A stretch of 32,000 nucleotides of DNA from Ectothiorhodospira marina (GCF_900109495.1 NZ_FOAA01000002.1:220956-252955); one strand, 5' to 3'; counted from the first letter of the stretch, positions 8,417 through 17,716 are shown. Made by a program: numbers and translations. Notes: generated from the letters alone by a model not told the origin.

Positions 8417-8884
8417 ATGTCGGAAAAGAAACTCGCCATCATCGCCACCAAGGGGACCCTGGACTGGGCCTACCCCCCGTTCATCCTGGCCTCGACAGCC
8501 GCGGCCCTGGGCTACCAGGTACAGGTGTTCTTCACCTTCTACGGCCTCCAGTTGCTGAAGAAAAAGCCCGATCTACAAGTCACCTCGCTGGGCAACCCGG
8601 GCATGCCCATGCCCATGCCGATGCCCGTGCTGCTGCAGGCCCTGCCCGGGATGCAGGGCATGATGACCTCGATGATGAAGAAGAAGATGAAGTCCAAGGG
8701 CGTGGCCAGTGTGGAAGAGCTGCGGGAGATGTGCCTGGAGGCGGAGGTGAAGATGGTGGCCTGCCAGATGACCGTGGATCTGTTCGACATGTCCCGGGAC
8801 GACTTCATCGATGGCATCGATTACGGCGGTGCCGCCACCTTCTTCGAGTTCGCGGGTGACTCGGACATCTGCCTGTATGTGTAA
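8417..8884 (+). CDS. dsrE3: DsrE3-type (DsrE/DsrF-like) sulfurtransferase
   Basis: Shows a DsrE-fold signature (KLAIIATKGTLDWAYPPFILASTAAALG...VFFTFYG) and a conserved Cys in MVACQMTV. I chose the start at the ATG 9 nt after AAGGAGG. It contains a Met-rich insert. Confidence 0.8.
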   Translation: MSEKKLAIIATKGTLDWAYPPFILASTAAALGYQVQVFFTFYGLQLLKKKPDLQVTSLGNPGMPMPMPMPVLLQALPGMQGMMTSMMKKKMKSKGVASVEELREMCLEAEVKMVACQMTVDLFDMSRDDFIDGIDYGGAATFFEFAGDSDICLYV

Positions 8885-8993
8885 CGGCTAGCGAAGTCCG
8901 GGAAATGGTCTAGACTTCCTGAACGACTTAAAAGTTGACAGTTTTACTAGGGCATAGATCGATAACGCCCCGCGATATGCAACGAGGTATCCC

Positions 8994-9677
8994 ATGGCAA
9001 CCTATGCGGAAATGCAGCAGATCTACGATGACATTCGTGGGGACTTCCGTTACGACCACGAACTCAATGGCTGTCTCAACTGCGGTATCTGTACCGCCAC
9101 CTGCCCTTCGGCCCAGTTCTACGATTACAGCCCCCGGGAGATCGTGCAGCTGCTCTGGACCGAAAACGTGGAGCAGATCTACGACGCCATGCAGGAAAAG
9201 ATCTGGGCCTGTGCCCAGTGCATGACCTGCGCGGCCCGCTGTCCGTTCAAGAATTCTCCCGGTGGCCTGGTGGCCATCATGCGGGAGGTGGCCATTCAGC
9301 ACGAGATGCAGTCCGCCAAGGATGTGCTGAGGCCCTTCGGGCGGGTGATGCTCAAGCTGATCACCACCGGCAATCAGCTCTCCCCGGATATGATCCAGCC
9401 CGACCATTTCCCCGATTGGGGTCCGAATATTCAAAAGGTGGACGGGGACCTGCGCATCCTGCGCAAGGCCATCCCCATGCAGACCCTGCAGACCACCGAT
9501 ACTGCCTGGGAAGTCTCCCTGAAAACATCCGTAGAGATGTACACCATCTGGGAGATGACCGGGGTGCTCAAGTCGCTTGAGCTGATGGATGAAAACCTGT
9601 TCGACGTGATCGAGGATTTCATCGACGAGAAAAGGGAGGAATACGACGAGTGGCTCGAAGAACAGGAAGAAGATTGA
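8994..9677 (+). CDS. hdrC1: sHdrC1, heterodisulfide-reductase-like subunit C (2x[4Fe-4S] ferredoxin)
   Basis: Two Cys clusters, CLNCGICTATCP and CAQCMTCAARCP. The position and order match sHdr operons. Confidence 0.88.
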   Translation: MATYAEMQQIYDDIRGDFRYDHELNGCLNCGICTATCPSAQFYDYSPREIVQLLWTENVEQIYDAMQEKIWACAQCMTCAARCPFKNSPGGLVAIMREVAIQHEMQSAKDVLRPFGRVMLKLITTGNQLSPDMIQPDHFPDWGPNIQKVDGDLRILRKAIPMQTLQTTDTAWEVSLKTSVEMYTIWEMTGVLKSLELMDENLFDVIEDFIDEKREEYDEWLEEQEED

Positions 9678-9730
9678 GTCCACCTTCGCCTTGCACCACC
9701 ACATGCCGAGCGTAGAGGAGTGGCACACCC

Positions 9731-11137
9731 ATGACAGCTAAAGACCAGACCCCCGGTGGGCACAACGCCACCGCAGAAGGCACCGGCGCCGGTGCCATGA
9801 AACCCGGTTTCCATAATACCGATGGCCAGGGCGTCGCCGGCCACGGATCCTTTTTCCAGCAATCCCAGCTCTCCCGCGAGGAGGCCGTCACGGCCACCGA
9901 CTGGGTGCGCAAGCACGTGGACCGGCGCACCATCGACCTGGGCGACCGCATGGATGATGTGCGCGAACACATGTACGAGCTGGAGAAGGAAGGCAAGATC
10001 CTGATCCACCGCATCGAAGACCAGCACGAGCCCAAGATGGTCAAGACCCTGTTTGGCTGGGACAAGAAGATCCCCACCAAACAGTTGTGGCATCACAAGT
10101 CTTGTGGCCAGTGCGGCAACATCCCCGGCTATCCCACCTCATTGTTGTGGTTCATGAACGAGTTCGGCTTCGTGCCGGGCAAGGACTACCTGGACGAGAC
10201 CGACCAGACCTCCTGCACCGCCTGGAACTACCACGGTTCGGGCATCGGCAATGTGGAGTCCCTGGCGGCGGTGTTCCTGCGCAATTTCCATCAGGCCTAC
10301 GTATCGGGCCAGGCCCATGGCCACGAGGCCGGGCATTTCTACCCGCTGGTGCACTGCGGCACCTCCTTTGGCAATTACAAGGAGATCCGCAAGTACCTGG
10401 TGGAATCACCGGAGTTGCGCGAGAAGGTCACCAAGATCCTGGACAAGCTGGGGCGCCTGGTGGACGGCAAGCTGGTCATCCCCGAGGAGATCATCCACTA
10501 CTCCGAGTGGGTGCACGTGATGCGCAACCGCATCGCCTCGGAACTGCAGAAGATCGATGTCTCCCACATCCGCACCACCGCCCATGTGGCCTGCCACTAC
10601 TACAAGATGATCCACGAGGATGCGGTCTACGATCCCGAGGTCCTGGGCGGTAACCGCACCGCCATCATCACCTCCATGGCCCAGGCCCTGGGTGCCCAGG
10701 TGATCGACTACTCCACCTGGTACGACTGCTGCGGCTTCGGGTTCCGGCACATCATCTCGGAGCGCGAGTTCACCCGCTCGTTCACCATGAACCGCAAGAT
10801 CCGCGTGGCCCGTGAAGAGGCCAATGCCGATGTCATGCTGGCCAACGACACCGGCTGCGTCACCACCATGGACAAGAACCAGTGGATCGGCAAGGCCCAC
10901 GAGCAGGACTTCCAGATCCCCATCATGGCCGAGGTGCAGTTCGCCGCCCTGGCCTGCGGCGCCGATCCGCTGAAGATCGTGCAGCTGCAGTGGCATGCCT
11001 CGCCCTGCGAGGAGTTGGTGGAAAAGATGGGCATCTCCTGGTCCGAAGCCAAGAAGAACTTCCATGCCTACCTCAAGGAGGTGGAGCAGGGGAACATCGA
11101 ATATCTCTACAAACCCGAACTGGCTTATGGGGGGTAA
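9731..11137 (+). CDS. hdrB1: sHdrB1, heterodisulfide-reductase-like subunit B (CCG domains)
   Basis: 468 aa with Cys-rich CCG-type motifs (CGQCG, CTAWNYHG, YDCCGFGFRH, GCVTT). It lies between hdrC1 and hdrA. Confidence 0.88.
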   Translation: MTAKDQTPGGHNATAEGTGAGAMKPGFHNTDGQGVAGHGSFFQQSQLSREEAVTATDWVRKHVDRRTIDLGDRMDDVREHMYELEKEGKILIHRIEDQHEPKMVKTLFGWDKKIPTKQLWHHKSCGQCGNIPGYPTSLLWFMNEFGFVPGKDYLDETDQTSCTAWNYHGSGIGNVESLAAVFLRNFHQAYVSGQAHGHEAGHFYPLVHCGTSFGNYKEIRKYLVESPELREKVTKILDKLGRLVDGKLVIPEEIIHYSEWVHVMRNRIASELQKIDVSHIRTTAHVACHYYKMIHEDAVYDPEVLGGNRTAIITSMAQALGAQVIDYSTWYDCCGFGFRHIISEREFTRSFTMNRKIRVAREEANADVMLANDTGCVTTMDKNQWIGKAHEQDFQIPIMAEVQFAALACGADPLKIVQLQWHASPCEELVEKMGISWSEAKKNFHAYLKEVEQGNIEYLYKPELAYGG

Positions 11138-11143
11138 GGCATC

Positions 11144-12193
11144 ATGCAGGATACAGTACTGATCGTCGGGTCGGGGCCATCTGGCCTGTCGGCTGCCGCG
11201 CAGGTGGCCGGCGCCGGCTACAAGGTGGTGATGGTGGAAAAGGAGGAGACGCTGGGCGGTGCCCCCATCCTCTCCGGTTATGCCAAGCTGGTGCCCTCCG
11301 GCGAGTGGGCCAAGGATGCCATCGGTCGCATGGTGAAACGGGTGGAGGACGACAAGGCCGTCACCATCCACAAGGGGACGCGCGTCACCCAACTGGAGGG
11401 TGAGCCGGGCAACTTCACCGCCAAGCTGAGCAACAACAAGCAGATCAAGGCCGGTGCCGTGGTCTTGGCCACAGGCTTCACCCACTTTGATTCCGTCAAC
11501 AAACCGGAGTGGGGCTTTGGCACCTACCCGGATGTGCTCACCAGCACCCAGATGGAGCAGATGGTGGCGTCCGGCAAGATTGCCTGTCCCTCGGATGGAC
11601 GCGTGCCCGAGCGGGTGGCCATCCTGCTGTGCGTGGGTTCCCGGGATCGGCAGATCGGGCGCGAGTGGTGTTCCAAGATCTGCTGCACGGTCTCGGCCAA
11701 CCTGGCCATCGAGATCAAGGAAATGTCCCCCGAGACCGACGTGTTCATTTACTACATGGACATCCGTACTTTCGGACTCTACGAGGACCGCTTCTACTGG
11801 AAATCCCAGGAGGAGTTCAAGACCAAGTTCGTCAAGGCCCGTATCGCCGAGGTGACCGCCTCGGGGGATGGCCGCCTGCTGGTGAAGGGGGAGGACACTC
11901 TGGTCAAGCGACCCATCGTCATTCCCTTCGATATGGTGGTGCACGCCATCGGCATGGATCCCAACCAGGACAATCCGGAGATCTCCAAGGTCTTCGGGGT
12001 AGAGCTGGAGAAACATGGTTTCCTGCAAAAGGGTGAGCAATACACCAACACCTGCGGCACCTCCCGGCCTGGCGTCTATTCCTGCGGCGCGGCCTATGGA
12101 CCCGAGACCATCGACGATTCCATCGCCCAGGGGGCGGCGGCTGGCGGCCGTGCCGTGATGGATCTGGCGGCTCTGGTCCGCAAGGCGGGTTGA
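11144..12193 (+). CDS. hdrA: sHdrA, FAD- and [4Fe-4S]-containing flavoprotein subunit
   Basis: Has the dinucleotide-binding motif VLIVGSGPSGLSAA and the cluster motif CVGSRD...CSKICC typical of HdrA. Confidence 0.9.
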   Translation: MQDTVLIVGSGPSGLSAAAQVAGAGYKVVMVEKEETLGGAPILSGYAKLVPSGEWAKDAIGRMVKRVEDDKAVTIHKGTRVTQLEGEPGNFTAKLSNNKQIKAGAVVLATGFTHFDSVNKPEWGFGTYPDVLTSTQMEQMVASGKIACPSDGRVPERVAILLCVGSRDRQIGREWCSKICCTVSANLAIEIKEMSPETDVFIYYMDIRTFGLYEDRFYWKSQEEFKTKFVKARIAEVTASGDGRLLVKGEDTLVKRPIVIPFDMVVHAIGMDPNQDNPEISKVFGVELEKHGFLQKGEQYTNTCGTSRPGVYSCGAAYGPETIDDSIAQGAAAGGRAVMDLAALVRKAG

Positions 12194-12200
12194 GGCGGCC

Positions 12201-13001
12201 ATGGACAAGCCCATCCGGCCCGCCTCGCTGAAGGTCCGTCTGGAGCCGCGTATTGCCGCCAGCAAGCTGGAGCAACTGCTGGAGGACATGAAGGAGCGCG
12301 GTGGTGTGGAGACCTATCTGGAGGCCCTGCGCAGCAAGCATCAGGTCTTCACTGCCGCCTTGCCGGAGCAGCGTCCGGATGCCCTGCGAACCGAGATCTC
12401 CGGGGTCTTGCTGGAATGCGTCTTCCCGGCACGGCGCAAGCTCATCGGTCCCATGCAGACCCTCTCCCCGGAGGCCTTTTCCGAGGCCATCCTGGGGCTG
12501 GTGTATGGGCGGGGTGATCTGCTGAGCCGGATGCGCGCCTTTTGTGAGCGCATCCCCACCCAGACCCGCAAGGAATCGGGGGCGGCCTGGGATCTGGCGG
12601 CGGAACTGCTGCATTTCCGTCACCCGGAGACCATCCCGTTGATGACCCGCTGGGTGTGGGATACGCAGACCATGAGTGGTGCGGTACGCGAGTTCGTGGC
12701 CGGCAATGAAGGCATGAATGTCCTGCCTCTGGACGTGACGCCCGAGCATCAGGAAGCGGTGCGCAGCTGGTTTGTGGAGCACCTCACCGCCAGCGGCTTC
12801 TATCGGGATCTGCCCTTTGTCACCGATCTCATCCTGGCGCGGGCCTATTCGGATTACGTGCGATCCATCTCCGGCGGTCTGGGCATCCTGCAGGGCGAAT
12901 TTGGGGCCAAGCAGGACCCGATGGAGCTGGTGGTCAAACTGTTGGGTATCGATGCCCGACGCGGCGAGCGTCACGCCGCCGCGTCGCGTACATGGCATTA
13001 G
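12201..13001 (+). CDS. sHdrH (conserved hypothetical protein of shdr operons)
   Basis: 266-aa ORF tightly packed between hdrA and hdrC2, the position of the conserved hyp/sHdrH gene. It has no cofactor motif. Confidence 0.65.
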   Translation: MDKPIRPASLKVRLEPRIAASKLEQLLEDMKERGGVETYLEALRSKHQVFTAALPEQRPDALRTEISGVLLECVFPARRKLIGPMQTLSPEAFSEAILGLVYGRGDLLSRMRAFCERIPTQTRKESGAAWDLAAELLHFRHPETIPLMTRWVWDTQTMSGAVREFVAGNEGMNVLPLDVTPEHQEAVRSWFVEHLTASGFYRDLPFVTDLILARAYSDYVRSISGGLGILQGEFGAKQDPMELVVKLLGIDARRGERHAAASRTWH

Positions 13002-13045
13002 CCGGCCCGTATCGAACCCGGTCAAAGCGAGTTTCGGAGAACAGC

Positions 13046-13762
13046 ATGGCGATACACGAGAAATCCCTCATCGAGCCCGAGCGCCTGCTCCACCACGATG
13101 AACTGGTGGTGGATGGAGTGGACGTGTCCGGGCACTGGAACACGATGATCACGCCGCGAACCCTCACCGATTACGATGATGATTTCGAGGCGAAGATCCA
13201 GGCCATCCCCGGTGGCGAGAATGTGCATCGCTGCTGGCAATGCGGCTCGTGCACCAACTCCTGCACCATGTACGCCCAGAACGTGCAGTTCAATCCCCGC
13301 TACTGGATCTATGCGGTGCGCCTGGGGCTCAAGGAAGAGATCATCAAGGACAAGGACATCGTCTGGCAGTGCGTGTCCTGCAACAAGTGCACGAACATCT
13401 GTCCCAAGGACGTGAAGCCCGAAGGGGTGATGAAGGCCCTGGCCCACTGGATGGAAGAGGAGGGCATCACCGACAAGACACCCTCCACCATCTTCGACGA
13501 GGAATTCACCGAGCAGATCTATCACCGGGGTCGCATCGAGGACAGCCACGTGCTCATGGGCTTCTACCAGAAGACCGGCCAGTCCATGTTCCAGAACTGG
13601 TTGCGGGTGTTCGGCCTGCGCCTGGCCCGACACCTGCCGGTGCACCTGGGGCTCAAATTCGGTCGTAACCTGCTCATGAAGCCCCGCACCAAGTCCTGGG
13701 GCCGCACCGGTGAAGTGCTCCAGCAATACGTCCGTGAACAGAAGGAGGCCGCCCATGGCTAA
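13046..13762 (+). CDS. hdrC2: sHdrC2, ferredoxin-like subunit
   Basis: Contains CWQCGSCTNSC and CVSCNKCTNICP. I chose the start at ATG 13046, which follows GGAGA. Confidence 0.85.
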   Translation: MAIHEKSLIEPERLLHHDELVVDGVDVSGHWNTMITPRTLTDYDDDFEAKIQAIPGGENVHRCWQCGSCTNSCTMYAQNVQFNPRYWIYAVRLGLKEEIIKDKDIVWQCVSCNKCTNICPKDVKPEGVMKALAHWMEEEGITDKTPSTIFDEEFTEQIYHRGRIEDSHVLMGFYQKTGQSMFQNWLRVFGLRLARHLPVHLGLKFGRNLLMKPRTKSWGRTGEVLQQYVREQKEAAHG

Positions 13763-14666
13763 GGTTGCATACTACCCCGGTTGCGCGCTGGAAGGCTCCG
13801 GCGGCCCCTATGACAAGTCCACCCGGGTGTTGGTGAACTCCCTGGGCCTGGAGATGGAAAACCTGCGGGACTACAACTGTTGCGGCGCCATGGAGGTGAA
13901 GAACGTCCACCCCATGCTGCAGACCTACCTCTCGGCCCGTAACCTGGCCATCGCCACCGAGCAGATGGGCCTGGATACGGTCATGGCCCCCTGCAATGGC
14001 TGTTATCACAACCTCAAGAAGGCCGAGTTCGAAACGGCCACCTCCGAAGAGGTGATGCAGACCATCCAGGACCTGGCCCGCAAGTCCGATGACCCCGTCT
14101 ACACCGGCGACGTGCGCACCCTGCACCTGCTGGAGTGGCTGATGGAGGAACTGGGCCCCGAGGGCATCAAGCAGAAATTCACCAAGAGCCTCAACGGCAT
14201 CAAGATCGCCAACTACTACGGCTGCATGTACACCCGGCCCCGGCAGATCTTCCCGGAGAAGGACCAGGGCCCGGGCTCCGAGTCCAGCTACAAGCCCCAT
14301 TTCATGGACGACCTGCTGGCGGCCGCCGGCGGCGTGAACGTGGACTACCCTCTGAAGACCGCCTGCTGCGGCGGTGCCCATACCCTGTCGGATTCCGACA
14401 CCTCCACCCAGCTGGTGCTCAACCTGCTGCAGGCGGCGGAAGACTGTGGCGCCGAGGTGATCGCCACCGAATGCCCCACCTGTCATTCGGGGCTGGAGAT
14501 GCACCAGGTGCGGGCCGAGACCGAATTCGGCATCAAGACCAACGTGAAAATCCTCTACTTCACCCAGCTGCTGGGGCTGGCCATGGGGCTCTCGCCACGC
14601 AAGCTGGGGATTCACGAAAACGTGAGCGACTCCATTGGTTTCCTCAAGGATCGGGGGGTATTCTGA
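13755..14666 (+). CDS. hdrB2: sHdrB2, CCG-domain subunit
   Basis: Starts MAKVAYYPGCALEG, and carries NCCGA, PCNGCYHN, ACCGGAH and ECPTCH. ATG 13755 follows GAAGGAGG and overlaps the hdrC2 stop by 8 nt. Confidence 0.9.
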   Translation: MAKVAYYPGCALEGSGGPYDKSTRVLVNSLGLEMENLRDYNCCGAMEVKNVHPMLQTYLSARNLAIATEQMGLDTVMAPCNGCYHNLKKAEFETATSEEVMQTIQDLARKSDDPVYTGDVRTLHLLEWLMEELGPEGIKQKFTKSLNGIKIANYYGCMYTRPRQIFPEKDQGPGSESSYKPHFMDDLLAAAGGVNVDYPLKTACCGGAHTLSDSDTSTQLVLNLLQAAEDCGAEVIATECPTCHSGLEMHQVRAETEFGIKTNVKILYFTQLLGLAMGLSPRKLGIHENVSDSIGFLKDRGVF

Positions 14667-14671
14667 CCCGC

Positions 14672-15112
14672 ATGGAATGCAATGGCTGCGAATTCAAACC
14701 GGAGCTGTATTACGACGCGGAGTACCAGATCTGGCTGCGTCTGGAAGAGGACGACACCCTCACCGTGGGCATGACCGACCTCTCCCAGGCGATTGCCGGT
14801 CACATCCTCCATGTGCGTGTGCGTCGTCCCGGCACACGGCGGCCACCGGGTAAACCGGTGGCCACCATCGAGAGCGGGAAATGGGCCGGTCCCATCCCCA
14901 ATTTCATGGATTGCACCATCATCGAGGCCAACGAGGCGGTCATGGAACAGCCCGATCTGCTCAACCAGGACCCCTACGGGGCCTGGGTGGCGCGGGTGGA
15001 AGTGGAGGGCGGCGGCGCCAGCGTGCTGCAGGATTACCTCACCGGAGATGCCGCCTACGAGGGCTACTGCGAACGGGCCCGGCGCGATGACATCCACTGT
15101 CATCGGGACTGA
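14672..15112 (+). CDS. lbpA1: LbpA1, GcvH-like lipoate-binding protein
   Basis: Glycine-cleavage-H-like fold with the lipoyl-lysine motif IESGKWAGP. I trimmed it from ORF 14135-15112, whose 5' part is out of frame inside hdrB2. Confidence 0.85.
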   Translation: MECNGCEFKPELYYDAEYQIWLRLEEDDTLTVGMTDLSQAIAGHILHVRVRRPGTRRPPGKPVATIESGKWAGPIPNFMDCTIIEANEAVMEQPDLLNQDPYGAWVARVEVEGGGASVLQDYLTGDAAYEGYCERARRDDIHCHRD

Positions 15113-15123
15113 CGGGGCACACG

Positions 15124-15525
15124 ATGAACACACAGCCGGATTATCTGGACGGGGAAGAACAGACGGTGGTGCTGGTGATGACCAGCGGCCCCAGTACGCC
15201 GGCCCGCTGTGCCACCCCGTTCTATCTGGGGTCGGTGCTGGCCGCCATGGATGCGGATGTGCATCTGTTCTTCACCATGGAAGGGGTCAAGCTCATGCAA
15301 AAGGGTGTGGCCGAGGGCTTGCAAGCCATGGAGGGGGGCAAGTACCTGATCGATTTCATCCGGGATGCCAAGCGCGCCGGGGTGACACTGCACGTGTGTG
15401 ACCCGGCGCTGCCGGGCTACGGCCTGGATCCGGCCACCGATCTCATCGACGAGGTGGATCATGTGGCCCGGGCCAGCGACTTGGGGGACCTCATGCTGAG
15501 AGGGGACAAGGTCCTGTCCTTCTAA
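15124..15525 (+). CDS. DsrE-family sulfur-relay protein (DsrE4-like)
   Basis: 133 aa reading VVLVMTSGPSTPARCATPFYLGSVLAAMDADVHLFFTMEGV, which is a DsrE/F-like fold. It sits between the two lbpA genes. Confidence 0.78.
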   Translation: MNTQPDYLDGEEQTVVLVMTSGPSTPARCATPFYLGSVLAAMDADVHLFFTMEGVKLMQKGVAEGLQAMEGGKYLIDFIRDAKRAGVTLHVCDPALPGYGLDPATDLIDEVDHVARASDLGDLMLRGDKVLSF

Positions 15526-15579
15526 CGATCATGTATCACGGTGGTGAGTCACCCCAGATGATGAAAGATAGGCTACAAA

Positions 15580-15786
15580 CCCCTCTCCCCCCGGGGGAGA
15601 GGGGTGAGGGGCGAGGGCCAGCACAGTGCCTACCTCGCCCCCTCATCCCCAGCCCTTCTCCCCCGAGGGGGAGAAGGGAGTTTGAAGCCCCTCTCCCCTC
15701 GGGGAGAGGGGTGAGGGGGAAGGACCGGCACAGTGCCTATCCCGCCCCCTCATCCCCAGCCCTTCTCCCCCGCGGGGGAGAAGGGG
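15580..15786. repeat. Tandem pair of about 100-bp GC-rich composite palindromic (REP-like) units
   Basis: Unit 1 is 15580-15680 and unit 2 is 15688-15786, with an offset of 108 nt. Each unit holds three hairpins. The first is CCCCTCTCCCC..GGGGAGAGGGG. The second is TGAGGGG..CAGTGCC..CCCCCTCA. The third is CCCTTCTCCCCC..GGGGGAGAAGGG. Confidence 0.85.
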
Positions 15787-15922
15787 GTGTTGTAGCTGAC
15801 TTGATTCTTTCACGTTAGCGCGGGTGTGCCACGCGCCTTGATCCAGATCACCATGTGGTGTCCGGGGGACCCGGATACTGGTCAAGCAAACATCAATAAC
15901 CTTATAAACATCAGGAGGAAGC

Positions 15923-16360
15923 ATGAGCGACGTCAAAGGTTGTGACCTGCCGGAGGATCTGCTCTACAGCATCGAGAACAATGTCTGGGTCCGCCAGGAG
16001 TCCGATGGCACGGCCACCATCGGCCTAACCTCGTATGCCGGTTCCCTGGCCGGGCAGGTGGTGTCCTACACCCCCAAGAAGGTGGGCAAGGCCGTGAAGA
16101 AGGACAAGTCCTGCGCCACGGTGGAATCCGGCAAGTGGGTGGGCCCTGCCAAATCCCCCATCGGTGGCGAGGTGGCTGCAGTGAACGATGCCGTTTCCGC
16201 CAACCCCGGCCTGATCAATGATGATCCCTATGGTGAGGGCTGGCTGGTGAAGATCAAGCCAGATGACTGGGATGGCGATTCGGCCGCCCTGAAGACCGGC
16301 AGCGATGCCATTGATGCCTTCAAGGCCAAGATGGAAGCAGATGGCTTCAAGGGCTGCTGA
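15923..16360 (+). CDS. lbpA2: LbpA2, GcvH-like lipoate-binding protein
   Basis: 145 aa with the motif VESGKWVGP and the GcvH-like segment NDDPYGEGWLVKIK. An AGGAGGAAG RBS is present. Confidence 0.9.
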   Translation: MSDVKGCDLPEDLLYSIENNVWVRQESDGTATIGLTSYAGSLAGQVVSYTPKKVGKAVKKDKSCATVESGKWVGPAKSPIGGEVAAVNDAVSANPGLINDDPYGEGWLVKIKPDDWDGDSAALKTGSDAIDAFKAKMEADGFKGC

Positions 16361-16491
16361 AGCCCCCTGGCCCCCGGGGTGGGCTGACCGGTCCGCCCCG
16401 ATATCCAGCCCCGATGGCTCCCCTCGCCAGGACGCCCCGAGGCTTTCCGTGACCCGGCATCTCCCCTAACAAGGACCTCAAAAGGAACCCC

Positions 16492-17682
16492 ATGAGCCTC
16501 TTCAGCGACACCTCTCCGAGTCACTGGGAAGATCTCGTGCGCCACGTGGAACCCCTGGAGGATATCCCGCTGGATACGGATCTGGTGAGGACCCTCGAGG
16601 CAGAGAATGAACCCCGGTTCCGTGGCCGTGGTCACCCGGTGGACCTCTACACCCCCACCTTCAAGAGCTACCAGACCTCCGAGATCAGCAGCTGCGGCAA
16701 GAACGCTTGGCCGGCGGTGTCCATCACCGGGCCCGACTGCAAGCTGCGCTGTGATCACTGCAAGGCCAAGCTGCTGGAACCCATGACCCCGGCCCGCACC
16801 CCCGAGGCCCTGTGGCGCGTGGTGAACGACATCGTTGAACAGGGCGGGGAGGGCATGTTGCTCACCGGCGGCTCCAACCACCGCAACGAGGTGGAGTACG
16901 GCCCCTTCTACGACACCATCCGCCGCATCAAGGACGACTTCCCCGGCTTTCGCATCGCCCTGCACACCGCCCTGGTGGATGACGATGCCGCCCGTTGCAT
17001 GGAACAGGCCGGTATCGATGCGGCCATGATGGATGTGATCGGCGCCCAGGAGACCATCACCCAGGTGTATCACCTCAAGCGAACGGTGGCGGATTTCGAG
17101 GCCACCCTGGAGGCCCTGGTGAACACCCGCATGAAGGTGGTGCCCCACATCGTCATGGGCCTGCACTATGGCCGGTTCCTGGGGGAATGGGAGGCCCTGA
17201 ACATGATCCAGCGGCATCGCCCCGATGCGGTGGTGCTGGTGGTGGTCATGCCCTTCTACGCCCCCGACATCAAGCCCTTCGCTACGCCCCGGGCCGCGGA
17301 TGTGGGGCACTTCTTCCGCGATGCCCGCCAGGCCCTGCCGGACCTGCCCTTGCTGCTGGGCTGTGCCCGTCCGGCGGGGCAGGTGAAGGGCGAGATGGAT
17401 GCCTACGCCGTCATGGCCGGCATCGATGGCCTGGCCCATCCCGCTGATGGGGTGGTGGAGCTGGCGGCCCGCCTGGGGCGGCAGGTGCGGGTGATCCCCT
17501 CCTGCTGTTCCATGGCCGTGGGGGAGGAACTCATGGCCCTGGATGGCGGGCGTGAGGCCCTGGAGATCGATCTGGAGGCCATCGTGGCCGATGAGCGGGC
17601 ACGACGGCGGCAACGGGGGATACCGGGCATGGGGCCCGGCGGCATCCCCGTGATCATGGAACATGTGGCCCCCGGGGCCTGA
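16492..17682 (+). CDS. lipS1: Radical SAM protein, LipS1-type lipoyl synthase component
   Basis: Has the CxxxCxxC motif CKLRCDHCKAK. Its position after lbpA2 and before the lipoate ligase matches sHdr-associated lipoate assembly genes. Confidence 0.78.
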   Translation: MSLFSDTSPSHWEDLVRHVEPLEDIPLDTDLVRTLEAENEPRFRGRGHPVDLYTPTFKSYQTSEISSCGKNAWPAVSITGPDCKLRCDHCKAKLLEPMTPARTPEALWRVVNDIVEQGGEGMLLTGGSNHRNEVEYGPFYDTIRRIKDDFPGFRIALHTALVDDDAARCMEQAGIDAAMMDVIGAQETITQVYHLKRTVADFEATLEALVNTRMKVVPHIVMGLHYGRFLGEWEALNMIQRHRPDAVVLVVVMPFYAPDIKPFATPRAADVGHFFRDARQALPDLPLLLGCARPAGQVKGEMDAYAVMAGIDGLAHPADGVVELAARLGRQVRVIPSCCSMAVGEELMALDGGREALEIDLEAIVADERARRRQRGIPGMGPGGIPVIMEHVAPGA

Positions 17683-17716
17683 ATGCTGGTTGGATCTGAA
17701 TGTTGGTTGGAGAGGC

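Noticed and set aside
8317-8859. 180-aa ORF overlapping dsrE3 in another frame
   Set aside because: The product is Arg/Gly/His/Pro-rich and nonsense-like. The alternative frame gives a recognisable DsrE fold with a strong RBS.
10406-12289. 627-aa ORF on the minus strand
   Set aside because: It is antisense to hdrB1/hdrA, which carry clear cofactor motifs. The product is low-complexity and rich in G/L/H/D/A, as expected for shadow ORFs in high-GC DNA.
13674-14615. 313-aa minus-strand ORF, and the 244-aa ORF at 13022-13756
   Set aside because: Both are antisense to hdrB2 and hdrC2, and their products have no Cys-cluster or other motifs.
14135-14671. N-terminal 179 codons of ORF 14135-15112
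   Set aside because: This part is out of frame within hdrB2 and Arg/Pro/Gly-rich. The GcvH-like sequence starts at ATG 14672, just after the hdrB2 stop.
15580-15786. Possible CRISPR array
   Set aside because: There are only two repeat units, directly adjacent with no unique spacers. The units are internally palindromic, about 100 nt long, and lie inside an operon. No cas genes are present.
15531-15936. ORFs 15531-15818 (+) and 15643-15936 (-) encoding PLPPGERGEGRG-type repeats
   Set aside because: They are translations of the tandem REP-like palindromes. Both strands are open only because the repeats are GC-rich and self-complementary.
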